From: a virus
DNA: 64,000 bases
Virus record (IMG/VR): IMGVR_UViG_3300029319_007985
Span: 64,001-128,000 of that record
Reading direction: 5' to 3' (one strand)
The notes beneath the pieces are model-generated. The model worked only from the letters and a program-made list of their open reading frames with translations. It did not search any database and was not told the origin of the DNA. Below are positions 1 to 9,082 of the stretch, in pieces (the first letter of the stretch is position 1; each line of letters begins with the position of its first letter). The position numbers and the translations under genes were made by a program.

Positions 1-1
1 A

Positions 2-208
2 ATATTCATTATGGGACTTTTGACCATAACCATTATAAGTGTTGGTTCACTGCAGGTGATGGCTGGTAATCTAGACATAGGATTATTGATTGGTTCTAAC
101 ATATTGGCGGCACGAGCAGTGCAAGGCACAAGCAAGTATGCTAAAGGAGTTGATGCTTTACGACAGAGAGAAAAAGCAGTAAGGGAGATTAATGAAGTCA
201 TCAAGTAA
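2..208 (+). CDS. 3' end of T1SS ABC-transporter-like membrane domain protein (starts before window; no ATPase domain follows)
   Basis: GLLIGSNILAARAV resembles the last TM helix of PrtD/LapB-type exporters; frame open to window edge; next gene is HlyD-like. Confidence 0.55.
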   Translation: MFIMGLLTITIISVGSLQVMAGNLDIGLLIGSNILAARAVQGTSKYAKGVDALRQREKAVREINEVIK

Positions 209-890
209 ATTTTTTCTATTATTAAGTAGTTTAATTATTGGCCTGTTTGTATGGTGTTATTTGGCCAAAGTTGACATAACTTTCCAAGCACCAGGACATA
301 TCGAAACACAGAGCAATTCAACCACTATCGACACAATGGTGGATGGTCAGATAGAAAATGTATTAATAAGAGAAGGTGATATTGTTAAAGAAGGAGACAT
401 AGTGGTTGTGATTAATCCAGGAGTTGGCTACGAAAAATATAATGTTGTTGCAAATATAAATGGAAGGGTGCAGAGTCTTAACTATAAAAATCCAGGTGCA
501 GTTGTAGAAAAGGGCGAATCAATATTGACCATAGTGCCGGAAGATCAAAAAATGGTTGTTATGGGCAAACTGTCTGTATCTAATAGAGGTTACGTCAAAA
601 TAGGAAACATAGCCAAAGTAAAATTGGCAAACCAGGATCAAATAAGATTTGGACCGATCACAGGAATAATTTCAAACATATCACCAGATGTGGTGTACAC
701 CGACGCAGGAACCTATTACGCGATTGAAATTTTATTGGAATCACAACAATTTAGTAATGGTAAAGATAATTATTTGTTAGTACCAGGCATAATGGTGGAA
801 GTTTACATTTTAACCGGAGAGAGAACAGTAATGAGTTACATCACAAGTCCTTTCCATAATAGCCTTGGACAGGCATTACAGGAGAGATAA
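192..890 (+). CDS. Short HlyD-family membrane fusion protein
   Basis: N-terminal TM, lipoyl-like halves (VLIREGDIVKEGD, GAVVEKGESILTIVP), C-terminal PGIMVEVYILTGERTVMSYITSP. Confidence 0.8.
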   Translation: MKSSSKFFLLLSSLIIGLFVWCYLAKVDITFQAPGHIETQSNSTTIDTMVDGQIENVLIREGDIVKEGDIVVVINPGVGYEKYNVVANINGRVQSLNYKNPGAVVEKGESILTIVPEDQKMVVMGKLSVSNRGYVKIGNIAKVKLANQDQIRFGPITGIISNISPDVVYTDAGTYYAIEILLESQQFSNGKDNYLLVPGIMVEVYILTGERTVMSYITSPFHNSLGQALQER

Positions 891-1018
891 TGCTGACTTG
901 GTTTTTAGCAGGAATTTTTATTGGATTGTGTATAAGATGTATATGCACTCCACATAAGAATGAAGAAGAAAAATTTAAAGATCCATGGAACTGGACTTCA
1001 TTTGGCGGAGGAGGCTAA
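890..1018 (+). CDS. Small membrane protein, 42 aa (MLTWFLAGIFIGLC...)
   Basis: Read manually; TAATG overlaps with both neighbours. Confidence 0.6.
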   Translation: MLTWFLAGIFIGLCIRCICTPHKNEEEKFKDPWNWTSFGGGG

Positions 1019-1239
1019 TGGATAAGAAACTATCCTATAAACAAAGATTTAAAAAGGCTTGTAACACAGATAACGTGATAGATTTCAGTGTTGACGTTGG
1101 TTTAATTGCCTTTGACGTACTAGCCTCACCAATACTAATCGTAGTGAGAATAGCAAGATTCTATATTAGGAAATTTGTTAACAATTATCTCAAACGTTTT
1201 TTAAAATGGTTTGTGCATAAAGTTTTAAGAATAAAATGA
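1018..1239 (+). CDS. Hypothetical protein (start moved to 1018)
   Basis: GGAGG upstream and TAATG coupling; hydrophobic centre, basic C-terminus. Confidence 0.6.
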   Translation: MDKKLSYKQRFKKACNTDNVIDFSVDVGLIAFDVLASPILIVVRIARFYIRKFVNNYLKRFLKWFVHKVLRIK

Positions 1240-3074
1240 GTAAAAAATTAACAAGTGTCTGGATGGTGGTAGCACTATCCTTGATCTTATTTTCTGCTAG
1301 ATTATTTGATACAAGTCCTGTTGAAACTTTAAGGTTAAAAACATTTGACTACTATCAAAAGATATCACCCAGAGACGTAACTACAAACTCTGTAGTCATA
1401 GTCGAGATTACGGAGCAAGATCTTAAAAAATACGGCCAATGGCCATGGCCAAGAAATTTAATTGGAAACTTACACAACAGGATATATCAGCACGGGGCAA
1501 AAGTAATCCAATACAATATAATATTCGCTGAAAAAGATAGGGCCGGCAAGGATGAACTTTTTGCACAAAAATTAGCCGGCACTAACACCGTGATGATGTA
1601 TAGTATAAAAGATTCTGCCACAGACGGACAGGTGGCAAAGGTTCCTATTGTAAAACAAGGTGAGCCTGACAAATTTTTGTATAGTTTCAAAGGAGTGGTA
1701 ACAAACATATCGGAACTATTAAGATTCGCTAACGGTGCCGGAGTTAATATTATGGTGCCTAATATAGATGGTACCATTAGGCAGATCCCTTTATTTGTAA
1801 ACACAGACATAGGCACAATACCAAATCAAGTTCTAGACACAATAAGAGTTTACAATAAAAATAACAAATATAAAATTGTTGCAGATAACAACGGTGTTAC
1901 TGAAATACTTCTAAGTAGAAACAAAAAGATCTACACTGATTCTAACGCAATGTTCAATATAAATTTTGCAGAAGCAATAACCATCACAAAATACAGTGTA
2001 ACCGATATTATCAAAAACAAAATTAACCTAGAAAACAAAATTGTTGTAGTTGGGTTGAATGCCGCGGGATTGAGTTATTTAAAAGATACTCCTCTAGGAC
2101 TCATGACCGACACACAAATTAGTGCCCAGGCTATAGAAACTGATCTTACAGACAGCCAACTTATAAGAAATGGTAATACCAATCTAATAGAAATAATAGC
2201 AGTTTTTGTCATTGGATTTTTACTGATAGCCTTAGTGCCCAGGTTTAATATTACCAGCACTGTGCTCGCTTATTTGACGCTTTTAACCGGCATAATTTCG
2301 TCGAGTTTGGTCGCCTATAACGGTTACAATTATATGCTAGACGCATCTTTTCCGGTCTTGTTTATTACCATCATTTGGGGCCATTTGGTATTCAATAGTT
2401 TTGCCAAGCAGTATAGATTAAGGCAACAAATAAAGAAACAGTTTGAACATTATCTTGATCCACGCATGGTCAAAAAATTACAGAAGGATCCTGGGTTATT
2501 GAAGTTGGGTGGAGAGACAAAAACCATGACATTTATGTTTTCAGACATCCGAGGGTTCACTCCTATATCAGAAAAATACAAGGGCAATCCACAAGGACTC
2601 ACACGTTTGATCAATAGGTTTTTGACACGTATGACCAACATTATAATCAAAAACGGTGGCACAGTTGACAAGTACATGGGCGATTGCATAATGGCATTTT
2701 GGAATGCTCCGTTGGATACGCCCAGACATGAAACTTTAGCCATCAAAACTGCATTGCAAATGCAGAAAGAACTTAAAAAATTAAACAGAGAACTTAAAAA
2801 GGAAAAACTTCCTCAAATCAATATTGGCATAGGAATAAACACAGGAGAAGCATTAGTTGGCAACATGGGCAGTGATCAGCGTTTTGATTATTCTGTTATA
2901 GGTGATGATGTCAACTTAGCAAGTAGATTAGAAAGCAGTTCAAAGGAACTACAGACAACTTTGGTAATTGGTGAGAAAACACGTATAAAATGTAAAAAAA
3001 TTAAGTTTACTTCGCTGGGTTCAATCAAAGTAAAAGGAAAAACTGAAGACATCAAAGTGTACACGGTTAAATAA
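1236..3074 (+). CDS. CHASE2-domain class III adenylate/guanylate cyclase
   Basis: CHASE2 GQWPWPR, three TM helices, cyclase motifs FSDIRGFT, DKYMGDCIMAFW, YSVIGDDVNLASRLE. Confidence 0.92.
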   Translation: MSKKLTSVWMVVALSLILFSARLFDTSPVETLRLKTFDYYQKISPRDVTTNSVVIVEITEQDLKKYGQWPWPRNLIGNLHNRIYQHGAKVIQYNIIFAEKDRAGKDELFAQKLAGTNTVMMYSIKDSATDGQVAKVPIVKQGEPDKFLYSFKGVVTNISELLRFANGAGVNIMVPNIDGTIRQIPLFVNTDIGTIPNQVLDTIRVYNKNNKYKIVADNNGVTEILLSRNKKIYTDSNAMFNINFAEAITITKYSVTDIIKNKINLENKIVVVGLNAAGLSYLKDTPLGLMTDTQISAQAIETDLTDSQLIRNGNTNLIEIIAVFVIGFLLIALVPRFNITSTVLAYLTLLTGIISSSLVAYNGYNYMLDASFPVLFITIIWGHLVFNSFAKQYRLRQQIKKQFEHYLDPRMVKKLQKDPGLLKLGGETKTMTFMFSDIRGFTPISEKYKGNPQGLTRLINRFLTRMTNIIIKNGGTVDKYMGDCIMAFWNAPLDTPRHETLAIKTALQMQKELKKLNRELKKEKLPQINIGIGINTGEALVGNMGSDQRFDYSVIGDDVNLASRLESSSKELQTTLVIGEKTRIKCKKIKFTSLGSIKVKGKTEDIKVYTVK

Positions 3075-3081
3075 TATTACA

Positions 3082-3255
3082 ATGACAGGTTTAGAAGTAA
3101 TGACAATAGTATCAAAGGCATGGCCAATCTTCCTTGGCTTCATTCTTTTAATTGTAACTTTGGCGCAGGCCCACTACAGAATAAAGGTGCTTGAAGAAAA
3201 AGTTAAAGTTGCCTTTGACCTAATCAACAAATTGACAGACAAGTTTAGCAAATAA
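3082..3255 (+). CDS. Small membrane/coiled-coil protein, 57 aa
   Basis: Read manually (MTGLEVMTIVSKAWPIFLGFILL...); TAAATA 8 nt upstream. Confidence 0.65.
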   Translation: MTGLEVMTIVSKAWPIFLGFILLIVTLAQAHYRIKVLEEKVKVAFDLINKLTDKFSK

Positions 3256-3316
3256 ATTTTACTTTAATCAAGAAGTAGTCGCTTAACTTAGCCTCCTAAC
3301 AGGTTAAGTATTTTAG

Positions 3317-3583
3317 ATGAATTATTTTTTGGTAGTAATAATGTGTATAGGATTGGATTGCACAACAGCATGGAACCCAACTCCCTACGACTCGAAGTTC
3401 GAATGTGAAATAAGTGCCAAAGAAACAGTGCAATCACTTTCAACAACTTTTCCAGACAGTGACGGAGAAGTCTACTGTCTTACCAAAGAAGAATACAGCA
3501 CTTGGAAAAAGGCCATAGATGCTGGAGTTATACCAAGACTAAACAAACATAGACTCAACCAACCACTAGAACAATCTATCTAG
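3317..3583 (+). CDS. Hypothetical Cys-containing exported protein
   Basis: Hydrophobic N-terminus, 4 Cys; TAAGTA 6 nt upstream. Confidence 0.6.
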   Translation: MNYFLVVIMCIGLDCTTAWNPTPYDSKFECEISAKETVQSLSTTFPDSDGEVYCLTKEEYSTWKKAIDAGVIPRLNKHRLNQPLEQSI

Positions 3584-3586
3584 TAA

Positions 3587-3614
3587 TTGACAATTCTTTA
3601 AGATCTGTTATAAT
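3587..3614 (+). promoter_or_regulatory. Sigma70-type promoter, leaderless
   Basis: TTGACA-N16-TATAAT with TG extension; ATG follows after 6 nt. Confidence 0.8.
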
Positions 3615-3620
3615 TTAAGC

Positions 3621-3932
3621 ATGTCTTCAAAGCGTTCTAGAACTGCGGTTAAAACACTCACTTGGCGTGTATTAGCAACAACTGACACGTTTCTTATCAG
3701 TTATTTTATTACTGGTAGATTCGATTTTGCCGGAGCCATTGCTGGTATTGAGGTGGCAACAAAAATGATTTTGTACTACCTGCATGAAAGAGCATGGAGC
3801 AGAATTAAATGGGGCAAACTAATAATAGATTTGCCTACTTCACCGTATCCTTTCGAAGACTGGAAAATAAAAAGGTTACGTAATTTTTTAGATAAAAAAG
3901 GAAACAAAAGATTGGCAAGGTTATTACAATGA
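3621..3932 (+). CDS. DUF2061-like membrane protein
   Basis: KTLTWRVLATTDTFLISYFITG...KMILYYLHERAW. Confidence 0.8.
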   Translation: MSSKRSRTAVKTLTWRVLATTDTFLISYFITGRFDFAGAIAGIEVATKMILYYLHERAWSRIKWGKLIIDLPTSPYPFEDWKIKRLRNFLDKKGNKRLARLLQ

Positions 3933-4099
3933 CAAAATGTTGGGAATTTGATTTAGATCTTAAGACAAGAAAAATAAAAACATTCGTGTACAGTGACACA
4001 GGAACTGACATACAGGAAAGATTTACAAAAGGATATGAAGTGAGCAACATCAAAGAAATTGATGATCCGTTGTTAGAGAATAAAAAGGTCAAAAAATGA
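3929..4099 (+). CDS. Hypothetical protein, 56 aa
   Basis: Read manually (MTKCWEFDLDLK...); ATGA overlaps at both ends. Confidence 0.65.
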   Translation: MTKCWEFDLDLKTRKIKTFVYSDTGTDIQERFTKGYEVSNIKEIDDPLLENKKVKK

Positions 4100-4620
4100 T
4101 CCACGCAATGATTGACTTGGAAACCTTGAGCACTAATCCAAATGCTGTGGTTTTGACCATTGGGGGTGTAAAGTTTGATCCAAAGTCTCAGATGAAACCT
4201 TATGATGAAATGTATTTTCGAGTGGACGTGGACTCACAAACTAAAATTGGCAGGGACGTCATGCAAGAAACACTAGATTGGTGGGCACAACAACCAAAAG
4301 AAATATCGGAAGAAGCGTTATCTGATAGTGACAGGATTGACGTCAATAAAATGCTTGACGCTATCAATAAATTCTCAGTAGGAGTAGACGTATTTTGGTG
4401 CCAAGGCCCTTTATTTGACTACGCGATTTTACAAGATTTATACAGGCAAATGGGCAGACCTGTGCCATGGCAATACTGGCAAATCAGAGATAGTAGAACA
4501 CTTTTCAGTTTGGTGCCTAAACAAAATGATAAAAGAACTGGACTACACAATGCATTGGAGGATTGTAAGTATCAAGCACAGAAAGTTCAGAAAGTCTATA
4601 GGCAACTAGGAATAAAATGA
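4096..4620 (+). CDS. DEDDh 3'-5' exonuclease (phage DexA-like)
   Basis: MIDLETL, FDYAIL, RDSRT, HNALEDC. Confidence 0.85.
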   Translation: MIHAMIDLETLSTNPNAVVLTIGGVKFDPKSQMKPYDEMYFRVDVDSQTKIGRDVMQETLDWWAQQPKEISEEALSDSDRIDVNKMLDAINKFSVGVDVFWCQGPLFDYAILQDLYRQMGRPVPWQYWQIRDSRTLFSLVPKQNDKRTGLHNALEDCKYQAQKVQKVYRQLGIK

Positions 4621-5258
4621 AGATCTGTATAATATTTGGACATCACAATACCAAGGACAGTTTCAACGCCGCGATAAGAGATACTTTTATAGAAGAAGCA
4701 GAAAAGTGCGGACATCAAATAGACTTAATAAATTTGTTTGAAGAAAAAGAACAATTACCCTTTTACAATTCAAATATAAATCCACCACCCGAACTTGTAT
4801 TGGATTATAGAAAAAGATTAGAAAACAGTGACGTGATGTTCCTAATTGGTTCGTGCCACAATTTAAGGATGCCAACCATACTAGAAAATTGGATCGACTG
4901 GGTATTACACCCGAAATGGTTTTTCAGTTATAGGGCATTAGTGCCTGGCAGTAAATATTTTAAGAACTATGGTTACCCTGTGCCAGGAGCAATGAACGGC
5001 AAACTGGGATTGATATCTATGACATATGGTGGACCTATGGTGACCTATTTTAATTTTAGTTTATTTGACAATATTCCTTACAGAAGAATAAAGAAAGCCG
5101 TGTTTAACTTGGGAGGCATGGTCACGAAGTACATAAGGTTTTATTCTGTTTTACCTGGCATGGATAAGAAAGAATTTGATAGTCATATGAATAGAGTAAG
5201 AAAACTTGCCAGAAGTTTAAATCCAAACAAGAAGAAAAAAATAAGTTGGTGGGCATGA
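4617..5258 (+). CDS. Flavodoxin-fold NAD(P)H:quinone oxidoreductase-like protein
   Basis: IIFGHH...SFNAAI, MPTILENWIDWV, TYGGP. Confidence 0.75.
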   Translation: MKICIIFGHHNTKDSFNAAIRDTFIEEAEKCGHQIDLINLFEEKEQLPFYNSNINPPPELVLDYRKRLENSDVMFLIGSCHNLRMPTILENWIDWVLHPKWFFSYRALVPGSKYFKNYGYPVPGAMNGKLGLISMTYGGPMVTYFNFSLFDNIPYRRIKKAVFNLGGMVTKYIRFYSVLPGMDKKEFDSHMNRVRKLARSLNPNKKKKISWWA

Positions 5259-5617
5259 TGAGTGACATCAAATATTATAGCATCGAAGATTTATATACCA
5301 TTAAAGATTATAAAATTAGGCATCGAAAGGATCCTGTCATCAAGTGGATAAAGTTACCTTGCGTCTACAAAATAACAATAGCAAACAAGGTGGTGCACGT
5401 TGGAAGATCAGACACTTGTAAAAAACATGGCGGTGCAGAGAAGGTGAGGAAAGCAATTGTTAATCTCTTAGACGTTAATCAACATAACCCTAGTGTGCCC
5501 AAAACCAAATATTGGACAGCAATTAGGTTGAAATTTCGTCCAAATTCAAATAATATTAAAATAGGAATAATAAAAACAAATGCAATCAATAAAACCTACT
5601 TACAAGAAGCCATTTGA
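5255..5617 (+). CDS. GIY-YIG-like protein
   Basis: CVYKI...VVHVGRS. Confidence 0.4.
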   Translation: MMSDIKYYSIEDLYTIKDYKIRHRKDPVIKWIKLPCVYKITIANKVVHVGRSDTCKKHGGAEKVRKAIVNLLDVNQHNPSVPKTKYWTAIRLKFRPNSNNIKIGIIKTNAINKTYLQEAI

Positions 5618-5987
5618 AGAGATTAAATCTTACGATGAATGCACGTGGTTAGGAAATGACAAACCGATTTATGAAAATAAATTTTGTGCTATTTTCAAGG
5701 ATAGGTACCCTGTAACGAAAGGACATCTACTATTTGTACCAAAAAAAAATGACGTACATGAAATTGGCGAAACCTATAAACTGGCGTACATATATGGCCA
5801 AAGGGGTATAGAAGACGGAACATGGACAGGATATAATTTAGGGCAGAATCTCGGAAGATCTGCAGGACAAAGCATATTTTGGCCACACATACATCTTATA
5901 CCTAGATTAGATGGCGACAGTGATCCAAATAAACACAATGGTGTAAGACTAGCACATCCGTCAGGTGATCACACTAACTATTACTGA
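5580..5987 (+). CDS. HIT family hydrolase
   Basis: YPVTKGHLLFVP, AGQSIFWPHIHLIPR. Confidence 0.88.
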   Translation: MQSIKPTYKKPFEEIKSYDECTWLGNDKPIYENKFCAIFKDRYPVTKGHLLFVPKKNDVHEIGETYKLAYIYGQRGIEDGTWTGYNLGQNLGRSAGQSIFWPHIHLIPRLDGDSDPNKHNGVRLAHPSGDHTNYY

Positions 5988-6265
5988 TGCCAAAGAAAAA
6001 AAGAAAGTTAAAGAAACCTCGCCTGTATTCAGAAGGCAAAATTTATGTTAGTCCCGATGGCGGAGAAACTGTCTATGAACAAAAAAGAGATGGTTCAAGA
6101 GGACCTTTGATAGAAAAAAGTGAATTGGCAAAAGATGTTGAGACTGCTCAGTCGGAGATGGAGATGCATGGTGTTTATGCAATTCAACTTAGAAAGAAAG
6201 TCCCTGCATTAAAAAAAGCCTGGGACAAGTATAAATTAATTTGGAATATGGTGCACAATGACTAA
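5987..6265 (+). CDS. Hypothetical phage protein
   Basis: Coupled ORF; IYVSPDGGETVY. Confidence 0.6.
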   Translation: MPKKKRKLKKPRLYSEGKIYVSPDGGETVYEQKRDGSRGPLIEKSELAKDVETAQSEMEMHGVYAIQLRKKVPALKKAWDKYKLIWNMVHND

Positions 6266-6899
6266 GTTTGTTTCTATTATAGGAAACGGTGAAAGTAGAT
6301 TGGGTTTCGATCTTACTCCACTTAAAAGTTTTTCGACAGTTGTCGGCTGTAATGCACAGTTTAGAGATTACAATTTTGATTATTTTGTTTGTGCGGATAG
6401 GCATATGTGTCAGGAGGCAGTCAACGCGGTTGGAAAGAACACCACAATATACACTAGAGATAAATGGCACAAGCAGTTTGCGATGTGGCCAAATGTGAAG
6501 CCTTTACCAACTTTGCCTTACGAAGGTGATAAAAGACAAGATGAACCATTCCACTGGGGTACCGGACCATATGCTGGTGTTGTGGCGGCTTCTTTCAAAC
6601 CAAAAGCAGTATTCATGCTAGGTTTTGATCTGTATCCTTTGCCTGGAGCGGATAAAAACAAAGATAATAACATTTATAGGAACTCTAAAGGATACACATA
6701 TATTAAAAGGCCAGTTGATCCAAGATATTGGATACACCAATTTGGAAAATTATTTGAACATGTTAGTTGTAGATGGGTCATCGTCAATCAAAAAGATTGG
6801 AAAATGCCCGATGAATGGAGTAAGCATAAAAATGTTTTTCAAGAAAGTTATGAAGGAATGGCAAAATTTATACAAAAACAGTTGACAAAATCTAAATAA
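6258..6899 (+). CDS. IGNGESR-motif Rossmann-like protein (glycosyltransferase-related)
   Basis: IIGNGESR, GCNA, LGFD; paralog of 13537..14376. Confidence 0.55.
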   Translation: MTKFVSIIGNGESRLGFDLTPLKSFSTVVGCNAQFRDYNFDYFVCADRHMCQEAVNAVGKNTTIYTRDKWHKQFAMWPNVKPLPTLPYEGDKRQDEPFHWGTGPYAGVVAASFKPKAVFMLGFDLYPLPGADKNKDNNIYRNSKGYTYIKRPVDPRYWIHQFGKLFEHVSCRWVIVNQKDWKMPDEWSKHKNVFQESYEGMAKFIQKQLTKSK

Positions 6900-6909
6900 C
6901 TGCTATAGT
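6882..6909 (+). promoter_or_regulatory. Sigma70-type promoter, leaderless
   Basis: TTGACA-N16-TATAGT with TG extension; ATG follows after 5 nt. Confidence 0.75.
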
Positions 6910-6914
6910 AACTT

Positions 6915-7220
6915 ATGTTTGAAAATATAAAAGAAAATGAAATAATTGCACTAAAATTTTCCACAGGAGAAGAAGTGTTGGCCACGTTTAAAAGAGAAGA
7001 CAACATGACGATTTCAATCGTGAAAGGCCTTGTTTTGATGCAAGGTCCACAGGGTATAGCACTTGGAACCTTTTTTAGTACAGCAGATCCCGAAAAAGAA
7101 ATAGCATTGAACAGAAATTTAATACTCAGTGCCGCGGAACTTAATCCTAAACTTAAAGACCAATACAATAATGTTTTTAGTAAAATAAAAACACAACCTA
7201 AACCATCAATTATTACATGA
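6915..7220 (+). CDS. Small beta-barrel (Sm-like) phage protein
   Basis: LKFSTGEEVLA pattern. Confidence 0.45.
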   Translation: MFENIKENEIIALKFSTGEEVLATFKREDNMTISIVKGLVLMQGPQGIALGTFFSTADPEKEIALNRNLILSAAELNPKLKDQYNNVFSKIKTQPKPSIIT

Positions 7221-7453
7221 AGTCAAAACACAAAAAAGCAATAATGTGTTTGGTAGACACAACAGAAGCAATACTAAATGTTTTCCAAAAACATAAGATT
7301 AATCCTGATAAAGTTGCTGAACATTATGAATTCAAGGTTTTGGTTCATTTACTGAAAACAATAATTGATGGACAGTCTGGTATACCAAATTCATTACACG
7401 AAAAATTGAAAGATTTAGATCTTGACAAAACACCTAGTCATACAGTACACTAA
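7217..7453 (+). CDS. Hypothetical protein
   Basis: ATGA-coupled ORF. Confidence 0.6.
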   Translation: MKSKHKKAIMCLVDTTEAILNVFQKHKINPDKVAEHYEFKVLVHLLKTIIDGQSGIPNSLHEKLKDLDLDKTPSHTVH

Positions 7454-7457
7454 CACT

Positions 7458-7518
7458 AGAGGACTTTAAGACAATCATCCCTCTTTAAACATTCTGCTTG
7501 TCATCAAAGGAGAAAAAG
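7458..7518 (+). ncRNA. Candidate pseudoknotted riboswitch-like 5' leader of queD
   Basis: AGAGG(7458-62)/CCTCT(7480-84); GACAA(7470-74)/TTGTC(7498-7502); CTTT(7464-67)/AAAG(7506-09, in the SD); promoter TTGACA 7422 / TACACT 7446 directly upstream. Confidence 0.5.
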
Positions 7519-7962
7519 ATGGCATACTATTCAAGTAAAACATATGATCACAATGAAGGACTAAGTTGCGCTTTCAGGCAGTGGAAAGCAACACACAGTC
7601 ATTGCCGTTGGATTCATGGATACGCACTTGCAGTAAAGTTGACTTTCGGTTCCCACAAACTTGACGATAGAAATTGGGTGCAGGATTTTGGAGGCTTAAA
7701 AGACATCAAGTTATGGTTGAAACAAATGTTTGATCATACTTTATGTATTGCTGAAGATGATCCGGAACTGGACAAATTCAAAGAATTACATGCAAAAGAT
7801 TTATGTGACTTAAGAATTGTTCCTGCTGTAGGTTGCGAAAAATTTGCTGAACTGATCTACAATCACGTAAGTAAGATTGTAAACAACGACAGAATATGGT
7901 TAGAATCTGTCGAAGTCAAAGAGCACAGCGGCAATGGAGCAGTATTTAAAAGACAAAATTAA
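7519..7962 (+). CDS. queD: 6-carboxytetrahydropterin synthase
   Basis: HCRWIHGY, DFGGLK, FDHT, GCEKFAE, VKEH; AAGGAG SD places the start at 7519. Confidence 0.88.
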   Translation: MAYYSSKTYDHNEGLSCAFRQWKATHSHCRWIHGYALAVKLTFGSHKLDDRNWVQDFGGLKDIKLWLKQMFDHTLCIAEDDPELDKFKELHAKDLCDLRIVPAVGCEKFAELIYNHVSKIVNNDRIWLESVEVKEHSGNGAVFKRQN

Positions 7963-9082
7963 AGTTACTTTATCTGGAGATAAGGATTTAACCTATACAA
8001 TAAAATTGTATGATAATGATTTTGTTGTTAGATGGTTGAAACATTTCAAAGAAATACTGAGAAATAATTTAATACTTGAAAAAAATTATTGCTTTTTAGG
8101 ATTTGCAGACTCAAAAAGAGATTTGAAATATCTTTGTAACGAGTTAAATTCTGCCGTCAAACAAATAAATGATTTCAATCAAACTAAACAATGGCAAAAT
8201 GCAGGATTGGCATCATATCATATAAAAAATGTTTTCAGTCCCGAGGACTTTATGCATGATGAAAACCTTCCTGTAGGCAATGCACGTGATGGTGTGACCA
8301 AAGAACAAACACTTGGCTGTAGACTTAAACATGAAGCCTGTAACATTCTGCATAGATATTTTGAAGATCTCCAAGGACAGGCATGGAGCCTTTCTGAATA
8401 TTATTTTAAGGCAGATAATGAAACAAAATATGCAATAAGACAGTTGAACAACCTGTGCCATGAAATAGAAAACTGGGTAAGTGCCTTTAGAAAATCCAAG
8501 TATGAGCCTGAATGGATGCGGCCATCTCAGATAACAACATTTTTACATGCTCCAAGATCTCCTTTAAAAGAAAAAGATTATGTTTTATTTAAAAAAAATA
8601 GATACGATCGAGAACTTGGTGGTGTTTACTTACATTGGTCGCAGGTCGGAAAAACTCTATATGAAGTTTGGCGTGATAACGATGAGGCAGTTGGAGAAGG
8701 TGGAATCAATCACCAGCAGTTGTTTTCAGGTGAATTTGATATTGATTGGGGCCAAACAATAACTGAAAAACTTGATTTCAAAAAAGAAGAAACAAGAGAA
8801 TTTAAAAGTTGGCTTGAGAAAAATGGATTTGATTGGGAAGATGATAAACTAGCCTTGGGTTACATCAAATTAGGACAAGTGGATCTTGAATCATCCTTTG
8901 GTACCACAAATTTTTTAGAGGTGCATAGCAAAATGATAGACTGCTTAAATATTAGTAAAATAGAATTGATTGGATCGGAAAATGTTACTGCAAAATACAA
9001 TTACAGTTTGTCTGACCCAGATTGGAAAAAATTACAGATAGGTGAACTTAAAAAAGGATATGAATCACATAGTTTGCGTTAA
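7934..9082 (+). CDS. Hypothetical phage protein
   Basis: 382-aa ORF, no family recognised. Confidence 0.65.
   Translation: MEQYLKDKIKVTLSGDKDLTYTIKLYDNDFVVRWLKHFKEILRNNLILEKNYCFLGFADSKRDLKYLCNELNSAVKQINDFNQTKQWQNAGLASYHIKNVFSPEDFMHDENLPVGNARDGVTKEQTLGCRLKHEACNILHRYFEDLQGQAWSLSEYYFKADNETKYAIRQLNNLCHEIENWVSAFRKSKYEPEWMRPSQITTFLHAPRSPLKEKDYVLFKKNRYDRELGGVYLHWSQVGKTLYEVWRDNDEAVGEGGINHQQLFSGEFDIDWGQTITEKLDFKKEETREFKSWLEKNGFDWEDDKLALGYIKLGQVDLESSFGTTNFLEVHSKMIDCLNISKIELIGSENVTAKYNYSLSDPDWKKLQIGELKKGYESHSLR

Noticed and set aside
3275-3310. Inverted repeat CTTAAC/GTTAAG as terminator or ncRNA
   Set aside because: Short AT-rich stem; the right arm is explained by the TAAGTA promoter
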